Source of the DNA: Candidatus Roizmanbacteria bacterium
Lineage (GTDB): Bacteria; Patescibacteriota; Microgenomatia; UBA1406
Direction: 5' to 3'
Assembly (NCBI GenBank): GCA_024654535.1
Contig: JANLHL010000038.1
Location: 237,299 to 301,298, forward strand
DNA: 64,000 bases
Part shown: in pieces, positions 9,533 to 18,611 of the stretch
How the letters are laid out: each line of letters opens with the position of its first letter
How positions within the stretch are numbered: the first letter of the stretch is position 1
Program-made: the position numbers and the translations under genes
Notes under the pieces: generated by a model
What the model saw: only the letters and a program-made list of their open reading frames with translations
Database searches by the model: none
Told to the model about the DNA's origin: nothing

Positions 9533-10641
9533 AAATAGGTATTGATATTTCTCAAATACAGTACGAAGGAACGGGGGTTGCCCGTTATACAAAAAATCTT
9601 GTAACTGAACTTTTACAACAAGACAAACACAATACATATACACTTTTCTATAATTCATTTCACATTCGACTGAAAGATGTACTCGGTGCACGTGTGTTAC
9701 TCAGTTCTTCAGCGAGAATTTGTGAATTTTCTTTGCCAGAGAAAGTGTTGCATATAATGTGGAATGTGTTTTCTTTTATCTCAATTGAACATTTTATTGG
9801 TCGCCAAGATATTTATTTCTATTCTGATTGGTTTACACCTCCAACGAATGCATACACATTTACAACGGTCCATGATTTGGCATTTAAACTTTTTCCACAA
9901 ACTGTTCATCCCTATGTACGAGCAGCGCAGGAAAGACGTTTATATCGCATTTCAAATAAAAAAAGAAACAGTGTGTTTGCTGATTCCATTTCCACCAAAA
10001 ATGACTTACAAAAATATTATCCGATAGAGTCGGGCAGAATAAAAGTTATACATCCTGGCGTAATAAGCCAGAAACAAAATAGTGGAAAAGTAAAAGAAAC
10101 ACTTTTGCGTTATAAACTTACTGAGCGAGAGTTTATACTGGTAGTTGGTACGCTAGAACCACGGAAAAATTTGAGTCGCTTATTTGAAGCATATGCAACT
10201 ATTCAGGGGAACATTCCGCTTGTTGTCGCAGGAAAGAACGGATGGGGGATTATCACTTCCAACGATTCACGTATCCGGATGATAGGGTTCGTGAACGATG
10301 AAGAATTATTTGCATTATATCAGAATGCGCTATTCTTTGTCATGCCATCCCTCTATGAAGGTTTTGGTTTTCCGGCTGTCGAAGCAATGAGTTTGGGTTG
10401 TCCTGTGTGTTTGTCGAGAACTTCTTCGTTGGTTGAGATAGGCGCAGATGTAGCAGTATTTTTTGATCCATTATCAGTATCAGATATTGTACGTGCTCTT
10501 CAAACTTTGTTGACAGATGCGAGTTTACGTAAGAGGACTATACAAAAAGGTTTAGTTCGGGCACGAAAATTTAACTGGGCAGTGACAGCTCACCAAGTTA
10601 TACACGAATTTAATCGTGTGGAGGGTATTCTAGCTACATAA
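9529..10641 (+). CDS. family 4 glycosyltransferase
   Basis: LYEGFGFPAVEAMSLGCPV (the E-x7-E GT4 motif). Confidence 0.75.
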   Translation: MKIGIDISQIQYEGTGVARYTKNLVTELLQQDKHNTYTLFYNSFHIRLKDVLGARVLLSSSARICEFSLPEKVLHIMWNVFSFISIEHFIGRQDIYFYSDWFTPPTNAYTFTTVHDLAFKLFPQTVHPYVRAAQERRLYRISNKKRNSVFADSISTKNDLQKYYPIESGRIKVIHPGVISQKQNSGKVKETLLRYKLTEREFILVVGTLEPRKNLSRLFEAYATIQGNIPLVVAGKNGWGIITSNDSRIRMIGFVNDEELFALYQNALFFVMPSLYEGFGFPAVEAMSLGCPVCLSRTSSLVEIGADVAVFFDPLSVSDIVRALQTLLTDASLRKRTIQKGLVRARKFNWAVTAHQVIHEFNRVEGILAT

Positions 10642-10642
10642 A

Positions 10643-11731
10643 ATGCACTGCGCAATTGATGGTAATGAGGCAAACGTGGAACATAAAGTTGGGGTTTCGT
10701 GGTATGTCTATAAGTTACTCCAACAGTTTGCGAAAATTGCTTCAAAAAATGATTCGTTTACTATTTTTCTTAGAGAAAAACCTCGAGAAGATATGCCAGA
10801 GGAAAGCACTTACTTTCATTATGCAATAGTTCCAGGAAAAAATGTCTGGAGCCAAGTTTTCTTGCCGCTTGCTTTATATACTCAATATCGTACTATAGAC
10901 GTATTTTTTTCTCCGGCTCACTATGCTCCGCGGTTTTGTCCAGTACCGTTAGTGGTAGCATTACATGACTTATCTTATTTTTATTATCCCAGTGATTTTC
11001 TAAAGTCTGATCTTTATAAACTTGAACATTGGACTCGCTATAGTGTTAAACGTGCCACTCATGTTATAGCAGTTTCTCAAACGACAAAAAAGGATGCTAT
11101 ACGACAATATAATCTTAAGGATGACAAGATCACAGTAGTTCCCAATGGTTTTGAACCCCCCGGTATGCAGTTGACAACGTTACCTTCTTTCTCTCATTAT
11201 TTTGCCTATATTGGTACACTACAACCAAGAAAAAACCTTGAAACATTGTTGCATGCATTTTCAAACGTCCATGCGAAGTACCCACAGTATACATTACGAA
11301 TTATTGGTAAAAAAGGATGGATGTTTGATCATGTGTTTAGAATTATTGAATCTCTGAAATTAACAAATAGCGTATTATTTACTGGATATGTGGATGAGCA
11401 AGAGAAATATTCTGTTATTACAAATGCAACCGCACTCATAGTTCCTGGTTTATATGAAGGTTTTGGTTTGCCCATGCTTGAGGCATTTCATACAAAAACA
11501 CCCGTTATCGCTGCAAATTCGGGGGCGTTGCCAGAAATTGGTAAAGACGTAGCAACGTACTTTGAGCTAATTGATCATGTCGACTTATCTGAAAAAATGA
11601 TAGATGTTATAGAACATGGAAAAGTTAAAATACAGATAGCTCGCGCATATGAACTAGTCAAAGAATATACCTGGGAGCTCACTGCCAGACGAATACTTAC
11701 TATTCTAAAAAAAGCGACTTATTTTCATTAA
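10643..11731 (+). CDS. family 4 glycosyltransferase
   Basis: LYEGFGLPMLEAFHTKTPVIAANSGALPEI. Confidence 0.75.
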   Translation: MHCAIDGNEANVEHKVGVSWYVYKLLQQFAKIASKNDSFTIFLREKPREDMPEESTYFHYAIVPGKNVWSQVFLPLALYTQYRTIDVFFSPAHYAPRFCPVPLVVALHDLSYFYYPSDFLKSDLYKLEHWTRYSVKRATHVIAVSQTTKKDAIRQYNLKDDKITVVPNGFEPPGMQLTTLPSFSHYFAYIGTLQPRKNLETLLHAFSNVHAKYPQYTLRIIGKKGWMFDHVFRIIESLKLTNSVLFTGYVDEQEKYSVITNATALIVPGLYEGFGLPMLEAFHTKTPVIAANSGALPEIGKDVATYFELIDHVDLSEKMIDVIEHGKVKIQIARAYELVKEYTWELTARRILTILKKATYFH

Positions 11732-13194
11732 ACTAAAGCTTTCAAATCTATTTTTTTCAAATATTCTGTAAGGACTTTCTTTTTGTTTTCCAATTTTCCA
11801 ATTTCGATTTGTGTAAATAGCACGTCCAATATTTTACCCACTTTCGGACCTGGTTTCATATTGAGAAGACGCATTACATCATTACCATCTATTACTAAGT
11901 CACGTACGCCGAACGGCTGCATCTGTACTTGTATAAGTCTTTTTTTATACAAATCCAATCGCCATGAGCTAGGACTTGCTCCAGAACCAATTCGATCGGC
12001 AACGCGTAAATCTAATAGATCATTAATATTTTCTTTGCCTATATTTCGTACAAGTCTTCTTAATGCACTGTCTGTCTGATCTTCAGTTACACTAAATTGA
12101 TGATAGCGAACAAGTTTAGTAAGGCGGATTGTATCCTTTTTAGATAAGTGCATGCGAGATGCAATTTCATATGCCATTTGAGTCCCAATAATTTCATGGT
12201 TGTAAAAAGTTACAACTCCTTCTTTGGTAATTGATCTCGTCTTAGGTTTTCCGATGTCATGAATGAGAGTTGCCAAACGAACAATAGGATCAGTGTTGTT
12301 ACACGCTCTCAAACTTTTTATCAAATGGGTACCTACATCATATAAATGGTGACGCTTTGGACTTTTTTGGTCACACAAAAATGTGGGATAAAGTTCCGGA
12401 ACTATCGATTGCAATAAACCAGTGTCTTTTAGATGGAGCAATCCTTCCATGGCATTTTTTGAACTCAAAAGTGCAAAAAATTCATCACGAATACGCTCTG
12501 CACTAACGAATGATAGATTTTTTGCTTTAGATTGCAAAGCATCATATGTTTCTTTTTCAATTGTAAATTGCAGTTGAGATGCGAGTCGGACTGCTCGTAA
12601 CATTCTTAGCGCGTCTTCCTCAAAGCGTAATTGCGCATTATTGACGGCACGTAAACACTTCTTCTTCAAATCGTGAACGCCGTTATAAATATCGACAAAG
12701 CGTTTTCCATCGTAGGCGAGCGCATTCACTGTAAAATCCCGACGTGATAAATCTTCCTCGATACGAGTTCCCCATGTTACATTTTCTGGATGACGCTTAT
12801 CTTTGTAGAGCGATTCACTGCGATAGGTGGTTATTTCAAAATATTCATTTTCTAAATATTCACTTTTTTTTATATGTAGCGTATTTGCTGAATCTTTGAG
12901 AGGCACTATGACTGTTCCAAATTTATTTTCGTACTTTGCATTTGGCAGAAATGTCAGCATCTCTTGAGGTGTTGCATTGGTTGCGAAATCAAGCGCCTTG
13001 TTACTCGTTGATCTATTTAGTAACGTGTCACGAATAAATCCTCCAACTACATAGCATTCATAGCCATTTTTTTTAAAAAGTGTAATGCATCGGATTGCTT
13101 TGTCTGGAAGAAGCAAGCTAATTTTGTTACTATTGGATTGTATGAAATTTTCTATCATTAATACTATAACGTCTCTAACCAATTCTGAAATCAT
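11728..13194 (-). CDS. cca: CCA-adding tRNA nucleotidyltransferase / poly(A) polymerase family with HD domain
   Basis: YVVGGFIRDTLL…RDFTVNALAYD (Pol-β NTase head domain) and LIHDIGKPKT (HD domain). The exact start is uncertain because the first ~50 nt overlap the divergent recJ start. Confidence 0.7.
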   Translation of the reverse strand: MISELVRDVIVLMIENFIQSNSNKISLLLPDKAIRCITLFKKNGYECYVVGGFIRDTLLNRSTSNKALDFATNATPQEMLTFLPNAKYENKFGTVIVPLKDSANTLHIKKSEYLENEYFEITTYRSESLYKDKRHPENVTWGTRIEEDLSRRDFTVNALAYDGKRFVDIYNGVHDLKKKCLRAVNNAQLRFEEDALRMLRAVRLASQLQFTIEKETYDALQSKAKNLSFVSAERIRDEFFALLSSKNAMEGLLHLKDTGLLQSIVPELYPTFLCDQKSPKRHHLYDVGTHLIKSLRACNNTDPIVRLATLIHDIGKPKTRSITKEGVVTFYNHEIIGTQMAYEIASRMHLSKKDTIRLTKLVRYHQFSVTEDQTDSALRRLVRNIGKENINDLLDLRVADRIGSGASPSSWRLDLYKKRLIQVQMQPFGVRDLVIDGNDVMRLLNMKPGPKVGKILDVLFTQIEIGKLENKKKVLTEYLKKIDLKALV

Positions 13195-14824
13195 TATAGC
13201 ACGTATTCTTGCATCACGCGGTATTGGTAAAGACGCGTATGAATTGTTTTTAAAACCGCCATCTGTGAAAGATTTGGAAATAGCGGATATAGGGGTAGAT
13301 AGAAAGGAATATGTACATGCTAGTAAACGATTACTTGAGGCATATAAAAAAAGTGAATCAGTAGTAATTTATGCAGATTATGACGTTGATGGAGTAACTT
13401 CTGCATCCATTTTATGGCGTTTTTTTCATTTACTTGGTTTTTCTGTTATGCCATACACGCCAAACAGAAAAAAAGAAGGGTATGGGTTTTCACAAACAGG
13501 CATCGATTACGTACTTAAGAAGTACAATCCTACCCTTATCATTGCGGTAGATCATGGTGTTTCTGAGGAAAAATATATTGAGTATCTTAAAAAAAACAAT
13601 GTAGATACGATTGTGTTGGATCATCATATTCAAACAGCAGGATCTCCGAAAAGTGTTGATGCCCTCATATACACAAAGCAGGTAAGTGCCGCAGGTATTA
13701 GTTATTTTTTTGTGAAATCGTTATATAAAGAATTTGAAAAAATCATACAACTAACTGGTGAAAAATTAATAAAGATAAAACAGGAAATAGATATAGATTA
13801 CTTAGCTTTAGCTGGCATAGCCAGCTTGACAGATGTTATGCCACAGCACGGCATGGCTCGTGCGCTTGCGCATCATGGTTTACGTGCACTTCACAAGACG
13901 TCGCTCGTTGGTTTACGATATCTTCTACGTGAAGCAGGGATTGAGACAAAGACGACGTTTTCGTCGTACGATGCAGGATTTATAATTGGACCACGATTAA
14001 ACGCTGTTGGTAGAGTTTCGGATGCGTTGCAGGCGGTTCGGCTGTTATGCACCAATTCACCACAAAGCGCAATGCGTCTTGCAAAAACTGTAGAAATGGC
14101 TAATAAAGAGCGACAGAAGATGTTTGATATTCAGATGAAATTGGCATTAGAACAACTCGGAGATTCTTCAGAGAGGATTGGATTTATAACATCCCCTCAT
14201 TTTGAAGAAGGAATTGTTGGGTTGATAGCATCGAAATTAATGGAGAAACTGTATATCCCCATGCTCGTTGGTGTTGACAATGGACCAGAAATAAAAGGAT
14301 CTGCTCGATCAATTCAGGGGATAGATATTACAGAAATTTTGAAAAGGAACAACAAATTCCTCTTATCTTACGGAGGGCATGAGAAGGCGGCTGGATTTAC
14401 TTTGTTAAAAGAACATGTAGAAGATTTGAAAGCTGCGCTTGTTGCACGTATGGATGGTTTTGACGATGAGCTGTTTGAGCGTCTGATTCGCGTAGATATG
14501 GAGATGCCCTTGTCTAACATATCAGTACAATTAGGAACAGCGCTTGAAATGCTTGAGCCGTTTGGTGAACAAAATCGAGAGCCACTTTTTATGAGTAGAG
14601 ACGTTTCTATTATTCATCAAAAAAAAGTTGGTAAAACAGGGAAACATGTACAGCTTTTTCTGAAAGATACTGCAACAAGTAAAACGTATAAAGCCATATT
14701 TTTTAATGGTGATGAAAAGCTAGAAAGCATTCATGATTTTACTTCTGTTTCAGTCGTTTATACTATTGGTATCGATCGTTGGGCAGAAGAAAAGTGTGTT
14801 TTGAAAATTGTGCACATTCAATAG
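13142..14824 (+). CDS. recJ: single-stranded-DNA-specific exonuclease RecJ
   Basis: DHH family motifs ADYDVDGVTSASIL and VLDHHI. The N-terminal …ARILASRGIG lies about 16 aa after the MKFS start at 13142, matching RecJ spacing. The ORF track's 13085 start is a probable over-extension. Confidence 0.8.
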   Translation: MKFSIINTITSLTNSEIIIARILASRGIGKDAYELFLKPPSVKDLEIADIGVDRKEYVHASKRLLEAYKKSESVVIYADYDVDGVTSASILWRFFHLLGFSVMPYTPNRKKEGYGFSQTGIDYVLKKYNPTLIIAVDHGVSEEKYIEYLKKNNVDTIVLDHHIQTAGSPKSVDALIYTKQVSAAGISYFFVKSLYKEFEKIIQLTGEKLIKIKQEIDIDYLALAGIASLTDVMPQHGMARALAHHGLRALHKTSLVGLRYLLREAGIETKTTFSSYDAGFIIGPRLNAVGRVSDALQAVRLLCTNSPQSAMRLAKTVEMANKERQKMFDIQMKLALEQLGDSSERIGFITSPHFEEGIVGLIASKLMEKLYIPMLVGVDNGPEIKGSARSIQGIDITEILKRNNKFLLSYGGHEKAAGFTLLKEHVEDLKAALVARMDGFDDELFERLIRVDMEMPLSNISVQLGTALEMLEPFGEQNREPLFMSRDVSIIHQKKVGKTGKHVQLFLKDTATSKTYKAIFFNGDEKLESIHDFTSVSVVYTIGIDRWAEEKCVLKIVHIQ

Positions 14825-14978
14825 TGAGTTTTTATTCTTTTTTCTTATAACATATTCGACTTTTCTCATTAGTGGATGAGTCTGTTCCTGTCTCGGAGAA
14901 ATTGAGATAAGTTGACAGTTTTTCTTACGCATGTATACTGTATGTACAATAAAGTGTTGTAGGAGATAGTTGCGAAGT

Positions 14979-14998
14979 GTGACAAATTGTTATATAAT
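14979..14998 (+). promoter_or_regulatory. σ70-like promoter with extended −10 (gtgaca … TGtTATATAAT)
   Basis: Read from the sequence. The −35-like box is spaced sub-optimally from the −10, so the element probably depends on the extended −10. Confidence 0.3.
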
Positions 14999-15000
14999 AC

Positions 15001-15114
15001 ATACTTAATATGCCAAATTTCTGTGAGGAAAAAAATTCTGCGTTTTGCGCATTTGTCATACTCACTGAAATGAGACAAGTCTTAAGTATACAACCCCAGA
15101 ATTGGGGTTTTTTT
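15001..15114 (+). ncRNA. ~110-nt structured leader or small RNA ending in an intrinsic terminator, immediately upstream of the pyrH-fusion gene (candidate riboswitch/attenuator)
   Basis: A long-range pairing (atacttaa 15001–08 with ttaagtat 15082–89) and internal hairpins precede a terminator, aacccca-gaat-tggggtt + T7 at 15092–15114. The downstream ATG is 18 nt after the U-run. Confidence 0.3.
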
Positions 15115-15131
15115 AATGGTTTGCACACGCT

Positions 15132-16451
15132 ATGGAGCCGATAGTACTCTCAGTAGGGGGATCTTTGATAGTGCCAAATGGAGGAATCAATATTTCATTT
15201 CTTATTAAACTTAATACGTTTATTCGTAAAAACGTCGCAAAGAAGCGACGTTTTTTTATTGTTGCGGGAGGGGGTAGTACTGCTCGGGAATATATAGATG
15301 CAGGTCGTGAAGTCATAAAGAAAATTCCAAATGAAGATTTAGATTGGCTAGGTATTCATTCGACACATCTTAATGCACATTTATTGAGAACGATATTTAG
15401 AGATATATCGCATTCTCGAATCGTCGAGAATTACGATAAAAAAATTAGAAACTTAAAAGAGCCCGTGGTTATTGGCGGAGGATGGAAACCAGGTTGGTCG
15501 ACAGACTATGATGCCGTACTTTTTTCTCGTGACTATGGTGCAAATCTCATCATAAATCTTTCTAATATTTATTATGTATATAATAAGGACCCAAGAAAAT
15601 TCAAGGACGCTATCCGAATTGAAAAAACAACCTGGAGCTATTTTGAGACACTTGTTGGAAGTAAATGGGTCCCTGGTTTATCTGCACCTTTTGACCCAAT
15701 CGCTGCACAATTAGCGAAAGATTTGAGATTGACGGTCATCGTTACAAAGGGTGATGATTTTAGAAATTTGCAGAGAGTATTAGACGGTGAATCGTTTAAA
15801 GGTTCAGTGATTACACCATACCAAGTTTCTGGAGCCTATTATGACAGGCCATATTACTTAGGAGAAAAAGGAGAATATAATTATTTGTATGCAAATCGTA
15901 CAACTGCAAACATTTTGCAAAGTACGGCCAACTGGTATAGAGCGCTCTATATAAAATTGCAGTTTAAACCAAAAAAGGTTTTAGATATAGGGTGTGGAAA
16001 GGGTGAGTTGGTTCAATGTTTGCGTTCACTTGGAATCGATGCGAGAGGAGTGGATATTTCCGGGGAAGCATTAGAACTCGCTTCAGATAAGGTAAGGCCT
16101 TATTTAGTGCAAGGCGATATTTCTAATTTGCCTTTTAAGGATGATGAATTTGATATGGTAGTGTCATTTGATGTAATGGAGCACCTTGAGCGATCACTCT
16201 TAAAAAAAGCAATAAAAGAAACAGTTCGCGTATCTTCAAAACATATACTTCATAAAATATATACAAAAGAAAATTCGTTCATTAATTACTTACATGGTTC
16301 AGATCACAGTCATTTATCTGTATTTCACTCTAGTTTTTGGGAAGAATTATTTACCTCCTTACCTAATATTACTATGGCTCGTAAATTTTACCAGCTTCCT
16401 GATTTTTTTGAGTCAGTATTCTTTCTGAAAAAAAATTTAGTGCATGCTTAA
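15132..16451 (+). CDS. pyrH: fusion protein: archaeal-type uridylate (UMP) kinase domain + C-terminal class I SAM-dependent methyltransferase domain
   Basis: The N-terminal ~230 aa match the archaeal PyrH pattern: VLSVGGSLI…FFIVAGGGSTAREYIDAGRE…LDWLGIHSTHLNAHLL. The C-terminal domain carries VLDIGCGKGEL (motif I) …DISNLPF…FDMVVSFDVMEHL. Confidence 0.6.
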   Translation: MEPIVLSVGGSLIVPNGGINISFLIKLNTFIRKNVAKKRRFFIVAGGGSTAREYIDAGREVIKKIPNEDLDWLGIHSTHLNAHLLRTIFRDISHSRIVENYDKKIRNLKEPVVIGGGWKPGWSTDYDAVLFSRDYGANLIINLSNIYYVYNKDPRKFKDAIRIEKTTWSYFETLVGSKWVPGLSAPFDPIAAQLAKDLRLTVIVTKGDDFRNLQRVLDGESFKGSVITPYQVSGAYYDRPYYLGEKGEYNYLYANRTTANILQSTANWYRALYIKLQFKPKKVLDIGCGKGELVQCLRSLGIDARGVDISGEALELASDKVRPYLVQGDISNLPFKDDEFDMVVSFDVMEHLERSLLKKAIKETVRVSSKHILHKIYTKENSFINYLHGSDHSHLSVFHSSFWEELFTSLPNITMARKFYQLPDFFESVFFLKKNLVHA

Positions 16452-17487
16452 GGAAATTACTGTAACACATTTTCGAAATATATCAGAATCAAAGACTTAC
16501 TCTTGTGGCTTCTGTACGCTTATTCATGGACCAAATGCGAGTGGTAAAACGAACTTGTTAGAAGCAATCTATGTACTTAATTATGCGCATGGTTTTCGAA
16601 GTTCTGACGTTCGCGATCTATTTTCGTATGACGCTGACGACTTTTCAGTTACGGGAGAGTTTCATAACGAAGGTAATGAACAGAAATATAAAGTATATAT
16701 AAAAAATGGTATTTCCTTGGAAAAAGCCTATTTTATTAATGGAGCTAAAAGAACTTTAAGAGAGTTTCAAAGTCGCTCGACACCAATAGTATTGTTTCAA
16801 CCGAGCGATCTATTACTCGTAACAGGCACTCCAAGTATAAGACGTAGTTATATCGATGTGCTATTAATTCATACAGATCCTGAATATAAGCAGGCTAAAA
16901 TCAATTATGATCACGGGCTTTATAAAAGAAACAAACTGCTTCTACATATGAGAAATGGTAATTTTGCGGAAGTTATTGATTTTTGGGATACATTCCTTCA
17001 GACGAACGCTAGTATACTACACAAAAAACGAGCAGCAATTGTTGAATATTTCAATGCACATGCGAAGTTTGAAGGAATGTATTTCAATATTGGGTATGAA
17101 CAAAATGTTTACACAAAAAAACGTTCTTTAGAGCTGAGAGATACGGATGTGCGCGTTGGTCGTACTTCTTTTGGCCCACAGCTGGATGAATTTATCTTAC
17201 TTAAGAAGTACGGGAGTATATTTCGAAAGCTTTCATCGTATGGTTCTCGAAGCGAACAACGTTTGGGAGTCTTGTGGTTGAAGCGTACAGAACTATTGTA
17301 TTTAGTAGATGTCTTAGGTGTCTCGCCACTGCTTATGCTCGATGATGTTTTTTCTGAATTGGATGAGGAGAACAGTAAGCGCATAGTAACTATTGCACAC
17401 GAATATCAGACTTTTATGACAACTGCTCATTTAGATATGTTGAAGCACATTACGTATCCACTGACAAAGATAGAACTTGGCAAATAG
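16444..17487 (+). CDS. recF: DNA replication and repair protein RecF
   Basis: HGPNASGKTNLLEAIYVL (Walker A) and C-terminal LLMLDDVFSELDE (Walker B / D-loop). Confidence 0.8.
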   Translation: MLKEITVTHFRNISESKTYSCGFCTLIHGPNASGKTNLLEAIYVLNYAHGFRSSDVRDLFSYDADDFSVTGEFHNEGNEQKYKVYIKNGISLEKAYFINGAKRTLREFQSRSTPIVLFQPSDLLLVTGTPSIRRSYIDVLLIHTDPEYKQAKINYDHGLYKRNKLLLHMRNGNFAEVIDFWDTFLQTNASILHKKRAAIVEYFNAHAKFEGMYFNIGYEQNVYTKKRSLELRDTDVRVGRTSFGPQLDEFILLKKYGSIFRKLSSYGSRSEQRLGVLWLKRTELLYLVDVLGVSPLLMLDDVFSELDEENSKRIVTIAHEYQTFMTTAHLDMLKHITYPLTKIELGK

Positions 17488-17488
17488 G

Positions 17489-18598
17489 TTACAGTAAATC
17501 TTTTAGTTTTTTTGCACGAGAAGGGTGTTTTAGTTTGCGAACGGCCTTAGCCTCTATTTGTCGTATTCGTTCGCGAGTCACATTAAATTGGCGGCCAACT
17601 TCTTCTAATGTCCTGGGTTTGCCATCTTCAAGGCCATACCGCAATACTAATACTCTTCTTTCTCGTGGTGTCAATGTATCGAGAACTTCAAAAAGATATT
17701 CCTTGATGAACTTGTTACTTACATTGTCGTAAATGCTGCTTTGATTTGGGTCTTTTATAAAATCCTCAAGAGTTGCATCTTCTTCATCATTAATAGCGGT
17801 AGAAAGTGATGTTGTTCGTTGTGAAATTTTGAATAAATTTTTGACGTCATCCTTTGACATGACAAGCTCTTCTGAAAGCTCATCGATCGATGGGGTTCTA
17901 TTATACTGTTGCATAAGCTTTCGTTGTGCTTTATAAAGTTTGTTGATATTTTCAACCATGTGAACGGGAATGCGGATTGTTCGTGATTGATCTGCGATAG
18001 CGCGGGTAATAGCTTGTCTAATCCACCACGTTGCGTAAGTTGAGAATTTGTATCCTCGTCTCCAATCATATTTTTCAACTGCCTTCATGAGTCCTTGATT
18101 TCCTTCTTGTATGAGGTCTAAAAATGATAAGCCTCGGCCAATATGTTTTTTTGCTACCGATACGACAAGTCGTAGGTTTGAAACGATAAGTCGTTCTCGA
18201 GATTCTTCTTCACCTTTCTCATATCCTTTTGCTAAAGAAATTTCTTCAGCAAAGGTAAGGAGCTTGTGCATACCTATTTCCTTGAGGTACATTTTGATAG
18301 GGTCTAGGGATTCACCCTTATTCAACGTAATCATATTTTCCAACTCGCGTTCTATCTCTTCAGTCGTTTTATTTGCTTCTTTCTCTTCTCGTGTTGAAAC
18401 GTTTTCAAAAACATCTATTTTATGTGTCAATAAATAATCAAATAGTAAATCAAGCTCTTCAACTTTTTTTTCAGGCAATTTATAGACAGATAGAATATCG
18501 TCGAGGATAATAAATCCTGTATCGTTTGCCTCTTTCACAATTTTCTGTATCTGTTTGGGAAATTGGGCTATATTTGTAGTTTCTATTTTTTTTGGCAT
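17489..18598 (-). CDS. rpoD: RNA polymerase sigma factor, σ70 family
   Basis: [53 protein letters not shown] (regions 2.1–2.4) and region 4 …[20 protein letters not shown]. Confidence 0.9.
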   Translation of the reverse strand: MPKKIETTNIAQFPKQIQKIVKEANDTGFIILDDILSVYKLPEKKVEELDLLFDYLLTHKIDVFENVSTREEKEANKTTEEIERELENMITLNKGESLDPIKMYLKEIGMHKLLTFAEEISLAKGYEKGEEESRERLIVSNLRLVVSVAKKHIGRGLSFLDLIQEGNQGLMKAVEKYDWRRGYKFSTYATWWIRQAITRAIADQSRTIRIPVHMVENINKLYKAQRKLMQQYNRTPSIDELSEELVMSKDDVKNLFKISQRTTSLSTAINDEEDATLEDFIKDPNQSSIYDNVSNKFIKEYLFEVLDTLTPRERRVLVLRYGLEDGKPRTLEEVGRQFNVTRERIRQIEAKAVRKLKHPSRAKKLKDLL

Positions 18599-18611
18599 GA
18601 ATAGAGCAATT

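Noticed and set aside
15021-15029. PyrR-box-like CUGUGAGGA in the leader upstream of pyrH
   Set aside because: It is only a partial match to the ARUCCNGNGAGGYU consensus, and no pyrR gene is visible. It is kept only as a speculative note inside the leader finding.
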